Of a DNA stretch of 64,000 nt, positions 1 to 12,837 are shown piece by piece (the first letter of the stretch is position 1; every line of letters begins with the position of its first letter). A model generated the notes under the pieces. The model did no database searches. It saw only the letters and a program-made list of their open reading frames with translations, and was not told the origin of the DNA. The position numbers and the translations under genes were made by a program. This DNA is from an uncultured Gemmatimonadaceae bacterium (GTDB lineage Bacteria; Gemmatimonadota; Gemmatimonadetes; Gemmatimonadales; Gemmatimonadaceae): positions 160,001 through 224,000 of the forward strand of contig CAVVTZ010000011.1 in assembly GCA_963751275.1 (NCBI GenBank), written 5' to 3'.

Positions 1-327
1 GAGCGTCAGCCGCGAATCCTCGGGGATCGCCACCGTCTCGATCTGCTGGCCGTCGGGCAGCGCGAAGAGGAATTTCTGCGTGCCGTCGGACGAGACCTGG
101 TGCGCGGCGATCGTGAGCCGTGGCATGATGAAGTGCTCGTCGAGCTTCTTGCGGAAGGCGGCGGGCAGTTCCGTCATCGACGCGAAATCCGGCGCCGGAT
201 TCTTCCAGAGGCGGCGCGCGACCTGCCCGCCGCGGTAGGCGGGCTCGCCCTGCGCCACGGCGAATTCCCGGAGCTGCCCTTCGGCGACGTCGGGGAGGAG
301 ATCGAGAAGATTCGGTTTGTCGGTCAC
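1..327 (-). CDS. rlmN: 23S rRNA/tRNA adenine C2-methyltransferase RlmN, N-terminal part (runs off window start)
   Basis: Manual translation from GTG 327: MTDKPNLLDL...GEPAYRGGQV...FASMTELPAAFRKKL...QVSSDGTQKFLFALPDGQQIETVAIP, typical RlmN N-terminus; not in the ORF track because truncated. Confidence 0.9.
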   Translation of the reverse strand, partial: MTDKPNLLDLLPDVAEGQLREFAVAQGEPAYRGGQVARRLWKNPAPDFASMTELPAAFRKKLDEHFIMPRLTIAAHQVSSDGTQKFLFALPDGQQIETVAIPEDSRLTL

Positions 328-494
328 CCGGGCAATCTAGCGGGTCGGGCGGCGCGGCGCCGGGAGGTGGCAAGTGACCGCGCCACTTGGCTTTGGCGGG
401 CCCCGCCTCGCGCGCCTTGAAAAGCCGCTCGGCTACCGTGCACCCCCGCCGGAAGTTAACTTTATCGTTTGCCGTCTGAGACCCTGGAGACTCC

Positions 495-953
495 TTGTTG
501 CTCTCGGAACTGCTGTCGGCGGACCGGGTGAAAGTGCCGCTCGCCAGTCGCACGAAGAACGATGTCTTGAAGGAATTGGTCGACCTCGTTGCCAACGGAA
601 GCCACGCCCACGACGCCGCGCCCATTCTCGCGGCGGTGCGCGAGCGCGAGCTGGTGCTGAGCACCGGGATCGGCGCGGGCATCGCCATCCCGCACGGCAA
701 GACGCCGCACGTCGACCAATTGATGGTCGCCGCCGGCGTCGCGCACGACGGGATCGACTTCGACGCGCTCGACGGCAAGCCGGTGCGGCTCTTCTTCCTG
801 CTCGTCGGGCCCGAGAGCGCGGCCGGTGCGCACGTGAAGGTCCTGAGCCGCATCTCGCGGCTGCTGCGGCGCGATCCGCTGCGCCGCGATCTGATGACCG
901 CGCCCACCGCCGCGGCGTTCCTGGACATCGTCCGTTCGTCGGAGGCCGCGTGA
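495..953 (+). CDS. ptsN: PTS IIA (Ntr/fructose-type) protein
   Basis: RERELVLSTGIGAGIAIPHG phospho-His motif, IDFDALDGKPV, HVKVLSRISRLL; GGAG RBS before TTG. Confidence 0.85.
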   Translation: MLLSELLSADRVKVPLASRTKNDVLKELVDLVANGSHAHDAAPILAAVRERELVLSTGIGAGIAIPHGKTPHVDQLMVAAGVAHDGIDFDALDGKPVRLFFLLVGPESAAGAHVKVLSRISRLLRRDPLRRDLMTAPTAAAFLDIVRSSEAA

Positions 954-1306
954 TCGAACGCCGGTGGCTGCCGCCGCTCGTGTGGGCCGGATGCATCCTG
1001 ATCGCCACGTCCATTCCAGGCGCGCACATCCCGCGCGTGGACGTGCCGAACCTCGACAAGGTCGTGCACTTCACGTTCTACGGGGTGTTCGCGTGGCTGC
1101 TGCTGCCGGCAATGTCGGGCACGCGCGCGCGGCGCGTGGCGATGGTGCTCGCGTTCATCGCGGTGTTCGCGGCGCTCGACGAGTTCCACCAGAAATTCAT
1201 TCCAGGGCGCACCATGGACTTCGAGGATTGGGTGGCGGACATGTCGGGCGCGGTGACGGCCGTGCTGGTCGCGATCGCGGCGCGCCGCCGCGCGGTGGCG
1301 TCATGA
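950..1306 (+). CDS. VanZ-family membrane protein
   Basis: DKVVHFTFYGV and DEFHQKFIPGRT..FEDWVAD motifs; GTG start overlaps ptsN stop (GTGA). Confidence 0.85.
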   Translation: MIERRWLPPLVWAGCILIATSIPGAHIPRVDVPNLDKVVHFTFYGVFAWLLLPAMSGTRARRVAMVLAFIAVFAALDEFHQKFIPGRTMDFEDWVADMSGAVTAVLVAIAARRRAVAS

Positions 1307-3093
1307 GCGGCGGCGCTCCGTTCCGCACGGTGCACCGGACGCACCTGTGCGGCGCGCTCACGGCGGCCGATGCCGGCGCACGCGTGCAGCTCGGCGGCTG
1401 GGTGCAGCGCCAGCGGCCGATGGGCGGCATCGTCTTCCTCGACCTGCGCGATCGCAGCGGGCTCGTCCAGGTCTCGTTCGATCCGTCGTTCGTGGACGCG
1501 GAGACGATCCGCGCCGCCGGGTCGGTGGGGCGTGAGAGCGTGGTGCTCATCGAGGGCGAGGTGGTCGCGCGCCCGCCGGCGATGCGGAACGCCGAGATGG
1601 CTACGGGCGACGTGGAAGTGAAGGCCTCGTCGCTGCGCGTCGTCGGGCCGGCGGACACGCCGGCGATCCCCGTGTCGCTCGGCAAGGGCGAGACGCTGCC
1701 GGCCGAAGAGCTGCGCCTGCGGTATCGCGTGCTCGATCTGCGGCGCCCCGAGATGCAGCGGCAGCTCATCCTGCGGCACCGGCTGATGCAGGTGACGCGC
1801 CAGTACCTGAGCGAGCTCGGCTTCCTCGAGATCGAGACGCCGATCCTCACGAAGCCGACGCCGGAGGGCGCGCGCGACTACCTCGTGCCCAGCCGCGTGC
1901 ATCCGGGCGAGTTCTACGCGCTGCCGCAGTCGCCGCAGCTGTACAAGCAGATGCTCATGGTCGCCGGCTACGACCGCTACTTCCAGATCGCGCGCTGCTT
2001 CCGCGACGAGGACCTGCGCGCCGACCGGCAGCCGGAGTTCACGCAGATCGACATCGAGATGTCGTTCGTCGGCCCCGAAGATGTGTACGCATTCACGGAG
2101 GGCATGGTCGCGGCGCTGTGGGCGGAAGGCGGCGCGCCGGTGAGCCCGCCCTTCGAGCGGATGCGCTACGCCGATGCGATGGAGCGTTACGGCTCCGATC
2201 GCCCCGACCTGCGCTACGGCCTCGAGCTGTACGATGCGAGCGCGCTCTTCCGCGCGACGGACTTCTCGATCGCGCGGACGGTGCTCGACGCGGGCGGCCG
2301 CATCCGCGGCTTCTCGATCCCCGGTGGCGGCGCGCTGTCGCGCAAACAGGTGGATGAGCTCGAGGCGGTGGCGAAGAGCGCGGGCGCGAGCGGATTGCTG
2401 CGCGTGAAGCGCGAGGCCGGCGCGCTCACGGGGCCGGCGGCGAAGTTCCTTGGCGCCGGCGCCGCCGAGGCGCTCTCATTGAACGACGGCGACCTCGCAC
2501 TGCTCGTCGCGGGGCCGGAGCACGTGACGAACCCGGCGCTCGATCGCGTGCGCCAGGAAGCGGCGCGCGTCATGCGGATCGTGCCCGAGGGAGCACGGCG
2601 CTTCGTGTGGATCACGGATTTCCCGGCGTTCGCGAAGGATCCGGCGACGGGCGCGCTCGGGGCGGTGCATCATCCGTTCACGTCGCCGAACCCGGAAGAC
2701 CTGCCGCTCCTCGACACGGCGCCGGAAAAGGCGCGCGCGCTCGCGTACGATCTCGTGCTGAACGGCACCGAGCTCGGCGGCGGCAGCATCCGCATCGCCG
2801 ATCCGGCCCTGCAGAACCGCGTGTTCACGCTGCTCGGCATCGACGACGAAACGGCGCAGCGGCGGTTCGGCTTCCTGCTCGAGGGGCTGCGCTCGGGGGC
2901 GCCGCCGCACGGCGGGATCGCGTTCGGTTTCGACCGCATCGCGATGATGCTGTCGGGTGCGACGTCGCTGCGCGAGGTGATCGCCTTCCCGAAGACCACC
3001 GCCGCGCGCGCCCTGTTCGAGGGATCGCCGGGTCCCGTGCCGGCGGAGGAGCTGCGCGACCTGCATCTGCGCATCGAGGACGGTCCGGCGTGA
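1303..3093 (+). CDS. aspS: aspartate-tRNA ligase
   Basis: RTHLCG, FLDLRDRSG, TPEGARDYLVPSR, YALPQSPQLYKQ, CFRDEDLRADRQPEFTQID, GAPPHGGIAFGFDR; ATGA coupling at 1303. Confidence 0.97.
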   Translation: MSGGAPFRTVHRTHLCGALTAADAGARVQLGGWVQRQRPMGGIVFLDLRDRSGLVQVSFDPSFVDAETIRAAGSVGRESVVLIEGEVVARPPAMRNAEMATGDVEVKASSLRVVGPADTPAIPVSLGKGETLPAEELRLRYRVLDLRRPEMQRQLILRHRLMQVTRQYLSELGFLEIETPILTKPTPEGARDYLVPSRVHPGEFYALPQSPQLYKQMLMVAGYDRYFQIARCFRDEDLRADRQPEFTQIDIEMSFVGPEDVYAFTEGMVAALWAEGGAPVSPPFERMRYADAMERYGSDRPDLRYGLELYDASALFRATDFSIARTVLDAGGRIRGFSIPGGGALSRKQVDELEAVAKSAGASGLLRVKREAGALTGPAAKFLGAGAAEALSLNDGDLALLVAGPEHVTNPALDRVRQEAARVMRIVPEGARRFVWITDFPAFAKDPATGALGAVHHPFTSPNPEDLPLLDTAPEKARALAYDLVLNGTELGGGSIRIADPALQNRVFTLLGIDDETAQRRFGFLLEGLRSGAPPHGGIAFGFDRIAMMLSGATSLREVIAFPKTTAARALFEGSPGPVPAEELRDLHLRIEDGPA

Positions 3094-4055
3094 GCGACGA
3101 GATCGTCACGCAGCGCGTCAGCGCCGAAGGCGCGGACATGCTCACGCTCGCGGGTGTCAACGACTCCAATCTCGTGGAGCTCGCGCGCCTCTGCAGCGTG
3201 AAGGTCGCGCTGCGCGGTGACACGCTCTCGATCAGCGGCCCGGCGGAGATGGTGGAGCGCGCGATGCCGGTGGCCGTGAAGATGGTCGAGACATCGCGGC
3301 AACAGCTGCCGCTCACGCCGGACGACGTCCTGCGCCTCACGCTCGAGGGACCGGACGCCGGCAACGGGAACGGCGGGCAGCCGGGCGAGCGGCGCATCGT
3401 GCTGCCCGGCCTGCGGCGCGTCATCCAGCCGAAGTCGCCGGGGCAGGCCGAGTATCTGCAACAGATCGCCGACAACGACATCGTGATCGGCATCGGACCG
3501 GCGGGCACCGGAAAGACCTACCTCGCCGTCGCGATGGCGGTGGATGCGCTCTCGCGGAAGCGCGTGCGCCGCATCGTGCTCGCGCGCCCCGCGGTGGAAG
3601 CCGGCGAGAACCTGGGCTTCCTCCCCGGCGATCTGCAGGCGAAGGTGGATCCGTACCTGCGCCCGCTCTACGACGCGCTGGATGACATGATGCCCGTGGA
3701 GCGCGTGCAGAAGCTCCTCGAGACGCGCACGATCGAGATCGCGCCGCTCGCGTACATGCGCGGGCGCACGCTCGCCGATGCGTTCGTCATCCTCGACGAG
3801 GCGCAGAACGCCACGAGCGCGCAGATGAAGATGTTCCTCACGCGCCTCGGCGTGAACTCGAAGGCGGTGATCACCGGTGACACGACGCAGATCGACCTGC
3901 CGTCCACCGAGCGATCGGGATTGCTCGAGGTGGAGCGCGTGCTGAAGGGGATCGACGGGATCGGCTTCCACTATTTCACCGAGGCCGACGTGATCCGCCA
4001 CCGGCTGGTGCGCGAGATCGTGAAGGCGTACGCGCGCGACGGCGGCGCGGCGTAG
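3090..4055 (+). CDS. phoH: PhoH-family ATPase (YbeZ-like)
   Basis: [11 protein letters not shown]alker [34 protein letters not shown]. Confidence 0.93.
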   Translation: MSDEIVTQRVSAEGADMLTLAGVNDSNLVELARLCSVKVALRGDTLSISGPAEMVERAMPVAVKMVETSRQQLPLTPDDVLRLTLEGPDAGNGNGGQPGERRIVLPGLRRVIQPKSPGQAEYLQQIADNDIVIGIGPAGTGKTYLAVAMAVDALSRKRVRRIVLARPAVEAGENLGFLPGDLQAKVDPYLRPLYDALDDMMPVERVQKLLETRTIEIAPLAYMRGRTLADAFVILDEAQNATSAQMKMFLTRLGVNSKAVITGDTTQIDLPSTERSGLLEVERVLKGIDGIGFHYFTEADVIRHRLVREIVKAYARDGGAA

Positions 4056-4058
4056 CCG

Positions 4059-6278
4059 ATGGCGACCCGGGTCGGCCCCGAACGGGGGAATGGCGGCGGC
4101 TCCGCGCCCGCGCCGGCGACGCGCGCGTCCCGCGTCGCGTTCCATGCGAAGCGCATTGGGTTGCTCCTGGGCCTCGCGGTCGGGACCTATCTGCTCTTCC
4201 CGGTGGGCGCCGCTGTCGACTCGCCGATCTTCGAGGTCGGCTCGGTCGCCACGCGCGACGTGATCGCGCCGTTCGCGTTCGCGGTGCCGAAGCCGCCCGC
4301 GGATCTGGCGAAGGAGCGCGACGACGCGGCGCGCACGGTGAGCGTGATCCTCGCGTACGACCCGACGGCGCTCGACAGCGCCGATCGCGCGCTCGAGCAG
4401 TTCATGGATTCCCTGAACGCCGCGGCCGTGAAGGCGCCGGGCAGCGCCGAGGCGATCCAGCAGGCGGCGGCACGATCCGGCTCGCCGCTCACGCTGGCCG
4501 AGGCGCAATACCTCGCGTCCGCCGCGCGCCGGCGCGCGATGCGGGACGCGGCCCGGCGCGTGCTCGACCGTGAACTGCCGGCGGGCGTGGCGGGCGCGGG
4601 ATCGCTCGCCGGCGTGCACGGTGAGGTGGTCGTGCACCGCGCCGATGCCGAACGGTCGATGATCGCCGACAGCGTCGCGACGTTCGGCACGCTCCTCGCC
4701 CGCGCGCGCAAGGACCGCCCGGAGTCCGACTCACCGGCGGGGGACAGCGCCTACGTGAAGATCCTCGCGGCAGCGTTCCAGCCGTCGCTCGTACTGGATC
4801 GCGCCGCGACCGAGCAGCGGCGCGCGGACGTGCGCGCGTCGATCTCGCCGTACCTGATGCAGGTGCGCGAGCAGGAGAAGATCATCGGCGCGCACGAAGT
4901 GGTCGGCCGCGCGGAGTACGACAAGATGCGCGCGCTGCACGACGCCACGCAGGGACGGCAGCGCGGCGAGGCGGCGCTGTCGCGGTTCCTGGGCGCGATC
5001 CTCTACAACGCGCTCGTGCTCGCGATCTTCTGGGTCGCGATCGTGCTCTTCCGGCCGGCGCTGTACGACTCGGTGCGCTCGCTGGCGCTGTTCGCCGCGG
5101 TCTTCCTGATCGTGATCGGCGCGTCCGCGGCAGCGGCGCATTGGGCGCCGGGGCGCCCCGAGCTGGTGCCGGTGGCGTTCGCCGCGGTGATCTTCTGCAT
5201 CGTCTTCGATCCGCGGATCAGTTTGATCGCGGCGATGACCCTCGCGGTGCTCGTGGGCGGCCAGGGCGCGTATCGCGGCACCAACGCGCTCTTCATGAAC
5301 CTCATTGGCGGATCGGCGGCCGCCCTGAGCGCGCGCGTCATGCTGCGCCGGACGCAGACCTATCAGTACGTGATCACGATCGCCCTCGCGTATCTCGCGG
5401 CGGCGCTCGCGATCGGCCTCGCGCTCGGCTGGAGCGCGGCGGACATTGGGCGGAGCGGCCTGTTCGGCGTGCTCAACGCCGTCGTCTCCGTGGTGTTCGC
5501 GGTGTTCCTCATCCCGCTCGCCGAGCGGATGACCGGTGTGACGTCGCATTTCACGCTCATCGAATACTCCGACCTGAACCGCCCGCTGCTCAAGCGGCTG
5601 AGCGTCGAAGCGCCGGGCACCTACGCGCACACAATGGCGATGGCGAATCTGGTCGAGGCGGCGTGCAATGCGATCGGCGCGAACGGCCTGCTGGGCCGCG
5701 TGGGCACGTACTATCACGACATTGGCAAGCTGAAGAAGCCGCAGTACTTCGTAGAGAACCAGGCGGGCGGCCGGAATCCGCACGACAAGCTGAAGCCGGG
5801 CACCAGCGTGCAGATCATCAAGGGGCACATCCGCGAAGGGCTCGAGCTCGCGGCGGAACACAAGCTGCCCGCGGCGATCACGTCGTTCATTCCCGAGCAC
5901 CATGGCACCGCGCCGATCACGTATTTCTACGAGAAGGCGAAGGAGCGTGACGGTGCGAACGGCCTGAGCGCGGCCGAGTTCCAATATCCGGGGCCGACGC
6001 CGCAGTCGGCGGAGACGGCGATCGCGATGCTCGCGGATGGCGTCGAGGCATTGGTCCGCGTGCTGAGCGATCCGACGCCGGCGCGCATCCGCGATGTGGT
6101 GGATCACATCGTGCGCCAACGGATCGACCAGGGACAGATGCGCGACGCGCCGCTCACGCTGCGCCAGATCTCCGTGATCAAGGACCAGTTCGTGCGCGTG
6201 CTCGTCGGGATGCACCACGCGCGCATTGAGTACCCGGCGTCGGCGGGCGGTGTGTCGGCGGAATTCACCGCGACGTGA
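4059..6278 (+). CDS. 7TM-HD (HDIG) phosphohydrolase, PgpH-like
   Basis: N-terminal TM, large extracellular domain, several TM helices, then APGTYAH, YYHDIGK, YFVENQ, EHHGT, YPGPTP, MLADGVEA; usual phoH-ybeY position. Confidence 0.9.
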   Translation: MATRVGPERGNGGGSAPAPATRASRVAFHAKRIGLLLGLAVGTYLLFPVGAAVDSPIFEVGSVATRDVIAPFAFAVPKPPADLAKERDDAARTVSVILAYDPTALDSADRALEQFMDSLNAAAVKAPGSAEAIQQAAARSGSPLTLAEAQYLASAARRRAMRDAARRVLDRELPAGVAGAGSLAGVHGEVVVHRADAERSMIADSVATFGTLLARARKDRPESDSPAGDSAYVKILAAAFQPSLVLDRAATEQRRADVRASISPYLMQVREQEKIIGAHEVVGRAEYDKMRALHDATQGRQRGEAALSRFLGAILYNALVLAIFWVAIVLFRPALYDSVRSLALFAAVFLIVIGASAAAAHWAPGRPELVPVAFAAVIFCIVFDPRISLIAAMTLAVLVGGQGAYRGTNALFMNLIGGSAAALSARVMLRRTQTYQYVITIALAYLAAALAIGLALGWSAADIGRSGLFGVLNAVVSVVFAVFLIPLAERMTGVTSHFTLIEYSDLNRPLLKRLSVEAPGTYAHTMAMANLVEAACNAIGANGLLGRVGTYYHDIGKLKKPQYFVENQAGGRNPHDKLKPGTSVQIIKGHIREGLELAAEHKLPAAITSFIPEHHGTAPITYFYEKAKERDGANGLSAAEFQYPGPTPQSAETAIAMLADGVEALVRVLSDPTPARIRDVVDHIVRQRIDQGQMRDAPLTLRQISVIKDQFVRVLVGMHHARIEYPASAGGVSAEFTAT

Positions 6279-6721
6279 CGCTCGTGGTGGAGGTCACGAA
6301 CGATGGCGGGCGCATCCCGCTCACCCGCGCCGATGCGCGGGCGCTCGCCGAACGTGTGCTGCGGGCGGAGGGCGTGCGCGATGCGATGCTCTCGCTGGCG
6401 TTCATTCCGCGGCGCGAGATCAGCGCGATCAACCGGAAGCACCTCCACCGCGCCGGCGCCACCGATGTGATCGCGTTCGGCTTCGCGCCCGCGGGCGCGC
6501 GCGGGCCGGTGATCGGCGATGTGTACGTGTCGCCGGAGGTCGCGCGCGCCAACGCGCGGGAGCTCGGCGTGCCGGTGCGCGAGGAGCTGATGCGCCTCGT
6601 GGTGCACGGAGCGCTGCACATCCTGGGGCACGATCATCCGGAGGGCGCGGATCGCGTGGCGTCGCCGATGTGGCGGCGCCAGGAATCGCTGCTCGCCCGG
6701 TTCGGCCGGAGGACGCGATGA
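6275..6721 (+). CDS. ybeY: rRNA maturation endoribonuclease YbeY
   Basis: TDVIAF, GDVYVS, HGALHILGHDH zinc motif. Confidence 0.93.
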   Translation: MTLVVEVTNDGGRIPLTRADARALAERVLRAEGVRDAMLSLAFIPRREISAINRKHLHRAGATDVIAFGFAPAGARGPVIGDVYVSPEVARANARELGVPVREELMRLVVHGALHILGHDHPEGADRVASPMWRRQESLLARFGRRTR

Positions 6722-7975
6722 CGTTCCTCGCCGCGTTGATCGCGGTGCTGTCGGCCCTGGTCGCGGCGTGCTGCGCGGCGGCGGACGGGGCGCTCCTCGC
6801 GGCCGGCGGCGCGGCGGCGAGCCTCGCGGGCTCGGGCGAGGGGAGCACGCTCCCGCACGGCGATGCGCGTGACCGCACCCACCGCGCGCTCTCGATCGTG
6901 CGCGTCATCATGCACCTGGTCACGGGCATCGCCGGCGCGCTCGCGCTCGGGCTCGGCGACGGCAGCCGCGTGCTGGCGCCGCTGCTCGCGCTCGTGCTCG
7001 CGCTGGTGATCGTGTATGTCTCGGAATCGGCGCCGCGCGCGTACGGCGAGCGCTCGGCCGCGGCGACCCTCGAGCGGATGGGCAGGTTCGTGCGCGTCAT
7101 CGAGCAGGCGGCGGCGCCGTTCAGCCTCGCCGGCGCGTGGCTCGACGGCCGCCTGATCAAGCTGCTGCCGGTCGCGAAGGCGGACCGCGGCGCGGTGGAT
7201 CCGGGAACCGAGCCCTTCCGAATGGTGTTCGCGACGCAGACCGCGCTGCCCACGGTGCAGCGCGACATCCTGCGGCGGTACTCGTCGCTCGCCGACACCG
7301 AAGTGCAGGAAGTCATGGTGCCGCGCGTGGACATCGTCGGCATTGAGCGGCACACGCCGTGGTCCGAGGTGGTGGACCGCGTGCGGAGCTCACAGCACGC
7401 GCGGCTGCCCGTGTACGACGAGACGCTCGACCAGATCACCGGCATCCTCTTCGCGAAGGACATCCTGCTGCCCGTGATCGATGGCGCCGAGCCGGCGGAG
7501 GGATGGGAGACCAGGGCGCGGCCCGCCGCGTTGATCCCCGAGGGGAAGTCGGCGGAGGCGCAGCTGCGCGACTTCAAGTCGTCGCACAACCACCTGGCCA
7601 TCGTCGTCGACGAGTACGGCGGCACCGCCGGTCTCATCAGCATTCGAGGACATCCTCGAGGAGATCGTCGGCGACATCCGCGATGAGAACGATCGAGACG
7701 AAGCGCCGATCCGCGTGCAGGACGATTCGCGGTTCTGGGTGTCCGGCAAGGTCACGCTCGACGAGCTCTCCGAGGCGCTCGGCCACCAGTTCACGGCCGA
7801 GGATGTCTCCACGGTCGGCGGTCTGGTCTTCCTCCAGTTCGGCAAGGTGCCGAAGCCGGGCGACAGCACGACGATCGACGGTTTCGAGTTCACCGTGGAG
7901 CGCGTGGTGCGACGGCGCGTGGACCGCGTGTTCATCGAGCGCCCGGCGAGCGAGGAGGAGGAGAGCGAAGCATGA
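6718..7975 (+). CDS. hemolysin/CNNM-CBS-CorC family protein (frameshift near 7645)
   Basis: TM N-terminus, EVMVPRVDI, HARLPVY, AIVVDEYGGTAGL; continues in another frame as EDILEEIVGDIRDE and CorC domain TVGGLVF. Confidence 0.85.
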
Positions 7976-9222
7976 GTCTCCACTGGCCGTTCGTGTTCGG
8001 TGCGGTGCTCGTCGTGGCGTTCCTCAGCGCGGCCGCGATGACGCTGCGCGCGATGACGCGGATCTGGGTGCGGCACTGGGTGGAGGCGCAGCTCGCGCCG
8101 GGCGCCGGCGGCGGCGCGCGCGCCGGCGGGTATCTCGCGCAATCGCATCACCTGCTCGCGGTCGCGACGGCGGCGGTGGCGTTCGTGATCGCGCTCACCG
8201 GCGCGCTGCTCGGCACGCAGGCGGAAACCGTGGACGCGCGGTTCATCCTGCGGGCCGCGCTCGTCGCGGCCGCATTCCTGGTGCTCGGCCAGGCGCTCCC
8301 GCGCGCGATCGCGCGCCACTGGGCGCCGCGCCTCGCGTCGCCGCTGCTCCCGATCCTGCGTCTGGCCGCGTGGTCGCTCGCGCCGGTCATGTGGCTGTCG
8401 CGCGCGGCGAGCCGGCGCGGCCAGCGGAACGGCGCGGCGCCGGGCGACCAGCGCGACGAGATCGAGGGGCTGCTGCGCGAGGGGGACATTGAAGGGTTCA
8501 GCGAGCGGAAGGAGCTCGCGTTCATCTCCGAGGTCGTGGAGTTCGGCGAGAAGCAGGTGAGCGAGGTGATGACGCCGCGCACGGCGATCACGGCCGTCGA
8601 TCGCGATCTGCCCGCCGAGGCGATGGCGCGCGCGGTCGCGGAATCGGGCTTCAGCCGCGTGCCCGTGTACCGCGGGTCGCCCGATGAGATCATCGGGATC
8701 GTGCATGTGTACGACGTGCTCGCCACCGCCGGCGAGGTCTGGCCGGAGCTCCGCCCGGTGGCGCACGTCCCGTCGGGGAAGCGTTGCAGCGAACTGCTCT
8801 TCGAGATGCTCGCGGGGCAGCAGCATCTGGCGGTGGTGCTCGATGAACACGGCGGCACGGTGGGCGTCGTGACGCTCGAGGATCTGCTCGAGGAGCTGGT
8901 GGGCGACATTCGCGACGAGCACGATGCGGCGCCGGCATCGATGGCGGCCGGAGCCTCGCCGGTGGTGATCGACGCCTCGACGCCGGTGTTCGACGTGGCG
9001 GCGCGCTTCGACGCGCCGATCGTGCCGGAACCGCACGAGCGCGCCGAGTCGATCGGGGGGCTGCTCGCGCGGCGGCTCAAACGGATCCCGGTGGTGGGCG
9101 AGCGTGTGCGGCTCGCGGGTCTCGAGATCACCGTGGTCGAGGCCGGGCCGTCGCGCGTCGTGCGCTTGCTGGTGCAGCGCGCCGGCGCGGGCAACGCGAT
9201 CGACCTGGACGCGCCGAAGTGA
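7972..9222 (+). CDS. hemolysin/CNNM-CBS-CorC family protein (second paralog)
   Basis: EVMTPRT, GFSRVPVY, VVLDEHGGTVGVVTLEDLLEELVGDIRDE. Confidence 0.88.
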   Translation: MSLHWPFVFGAVLVVAFLSAAAMTLRAMTRIWVRHWVEAQLAPGAGGGARAGGYLAQSHHLLAVATAAVAFVIALTGALLGTQAETVDARFILRAALVAAAFLVLGQALPRAIARHWAPRLASPLLPILRLAAWSLAPVMWLSRAASRRGQRNGAAPGDQRDEIEGLLREGDIEGFSERKELAFISEVVEFGEKQVSEVMTPRTAITAVDRDLPAEAMARAVAESGFSRVPVYRGSPDEIIGIVHVYDVLATAGEVWPELRPVAHVPSGKRCSELLFEMLAGQQHLAVVLDEHGGTVGVVTLEDLLEELVGDIRDEHDAAPASMAAGASPVVIDASTPVFDVAARFDAPIVPEPHERAESIGGLLARRLKRIPVVGERVRLAGLEITVVEAGPSRVVRLLVQRAGAGNAIDLDAPK

Positions 9223-10309
9223 GCGCCAAGGCGCCGGCGGCGATGGCCGCCCTGCTCGCGGACTTCGGCGCCCGCAGGCCGGCGGCGCTCGCGCGCGCGG
9301 TGTCCATCGTGGAGAATCACCGCGCAGGGAGCGATGCGCTGCTCGGTGCGCTCCACGCGAAGGTCGGCCGCGCGCGCCGAATCGGCATCACGGGGCCGCC
9401 GGGCGCGGGCAAGAGCACGCTCGTTGTGCGCCTCGCCGCGCTCTGGCGCCAGCAGGGGCTCACCGTGGGCATCATCGCGGTGGATCCCACGTCGCCCTTC
9501 ACCGGCGGCGCACTACTCGGCGACCGGATCCGCATGGAGGAAGTCGCGCTCGATCCCGGCATCTTCATCCGGTCGATGGCCACGCGCGGCGCCCTCGGCG
9601 GGCTCGCCGCCACGTCGCGTGAGACGGCGGATGTCCTCGACGCGTACGGGTTCGACCGGATCATCCTCGAGACCGTGGGCGTCGGCCAGAGCGAGCTCGA
9701 TATCGCGCGCACGGCCGATTCGAGCGTCGTGGTGCTGGTGCCCGAGTCCGGTGATGCCATCCAGACGATGAAGGCTGGCCTCATGGAGATCGCGGACCTC
9801 TTCGTCGTGAACAAGGCGGATCGGCCGGGCGCCGATCGGCTGCGCAACGAGGTGGAGCTGATGCTCGGGCTGCGGCTCGGTCAGATCTTCAAGGACGTGC
9901 CCGCGCATCACGGCGTGCAGATGAAAAGCAAGAATCCCGCCTATGCGGCGCGCAAAGCGGCGCACGTCGACGACGACGCGCGCTGGACGCCGCCGGTGCT
10001 CGCGACCGTGGCCGCGAAGGGCGAGGGCGTGGCCGAGCTCTCCGCCGCACTCGACCGCCATTTCGACTATCTTCAGCGGAGCGGCGGGTTGCGCGACCGC
10101 CGCCGCCAGCGTCTGCGGGAACGGGTGGTGGATGCGGCCGAGCGCCAATTGCGCGCCCGGCTGTGGGACGACGGAGCCGTGAACGCGTGGCTGGAGTCAC
10201 AACTCGACGCGCTCGAGGCCGGTAGTCTCACGCCGTTCGCGGCGGCGGAAGCGCTGCTCGCACGCGGCGCACAGCGGTTGGCCGGTGAAGGAACGCCAAG
10301 GAGCCCGAC

Positions 10310-10313
<4 letters not shown>
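9219..10313 (+). CDS. meaB: B12 mutase-associated GTPase chaperone MeaB/ArgK
   Basis: [47 protein letters not shown]. Confidence 0.95.
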
Positions 10314-12007
<1,694 letters not shown>

Positions 12008-12029
12008 GCCGGCCGGGTCCACTCCGCGC

Positions 12030-12794
12030 GAGTGGTGGGAGACCCACTTCGACGCGCACTATCTGCGCGAGTACGAGCCGCTCTTCACCGCCGCGCGCGA
12101 CCGTGCCGAGGTCGCGCGGCTCGTCGAGGTGCTGGGCCTCCCGATCGGCGCCCACATCCTGGACGTCCCGTGCGGCCAGGGCCGCCACGCGCACCTGCTC
12201 GCCGAGGCGGGCTATGACGTCACCGGGCTCGACTTCTCCGCCGCGCTGCTCAAGATCGCCCGCGCGCGCGGCACCGGGCCCGGCCTCCGATACGTGCGCG
12301 GCGACATGCGCCGCCTCGACGCGCGCTGGACCGGCCGCTTCGACGCCGTGGTGAATCTCTTCACGTCCTTCGGATTCTTCATCAATCCCGCCGATGACGC
12401 ACGCGTGATCGCGGAGTTCGCGCGCGTCCTCAAGCCGAGCGGCGCGCTCATCTGGCACGGCGGCAGCCGCGACGGCGTCATGGCGCGCTTCCTTGCGCGC
12501 GATTGGTGGCGCAGCGGCGACGGCACGATGATCGCCCACGAGCGCGAGTTCGACCCGCTCAGCGGCATCCTCACTGTGCACGCCGAGTGGCGCGGTCCCA
12601 AGGATCATGGTGCACGCGACCACCGCATCCGGCTCTTCACGGCGAGCCGTCTGGCTGAATTGTGTGCGGCTGCCGGCCTCATCGTGGAGCAGGCGTTCGA
12701 GGGATGGAGCGCTGCGCCGCTCACCCGCCGCTCGCCGGAGATGCTCCTCGTCGCGCGCAAGGATGAGTTGCCGCGCACGCCGCGCAGACGCTAG
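12030..12794 (+). CDS. class I SAM-dependent methyltransferase (start uncertain)
   Basis: [12 protein letters not shown]..., [34 protein letters not shown]; coding-like frame extends upstream of the ORF-track start 12129. Confidence 0.85.
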   Translation, partial: EWWETHFDAHYLREYEPLFTAARDRAEVARLVEVLGLPIGAHILDVPCGQGRHAHLLAEAGYDVTGLDFSAALLKIARARGTGPGLRYVRGDMRRLDARWTGRFDAVVNLFTSFGFFINPADDARVIAEFARVLKPSGALIWHGGSRDGVMARFLARDWWRSGDGTMIAHEREFDPLSGILTVHAEWRGPKDHGARDHRIRLFTASRLAELCAAAGLIVEQAFEGWSAAPLTRRSPEMLLVARKDELPRTPRRR

Positions 12795-12837
12795 ACTTAG
12801 AGGCGCTTGCACCCGCCCACTTCCCACACTGCCTGAG

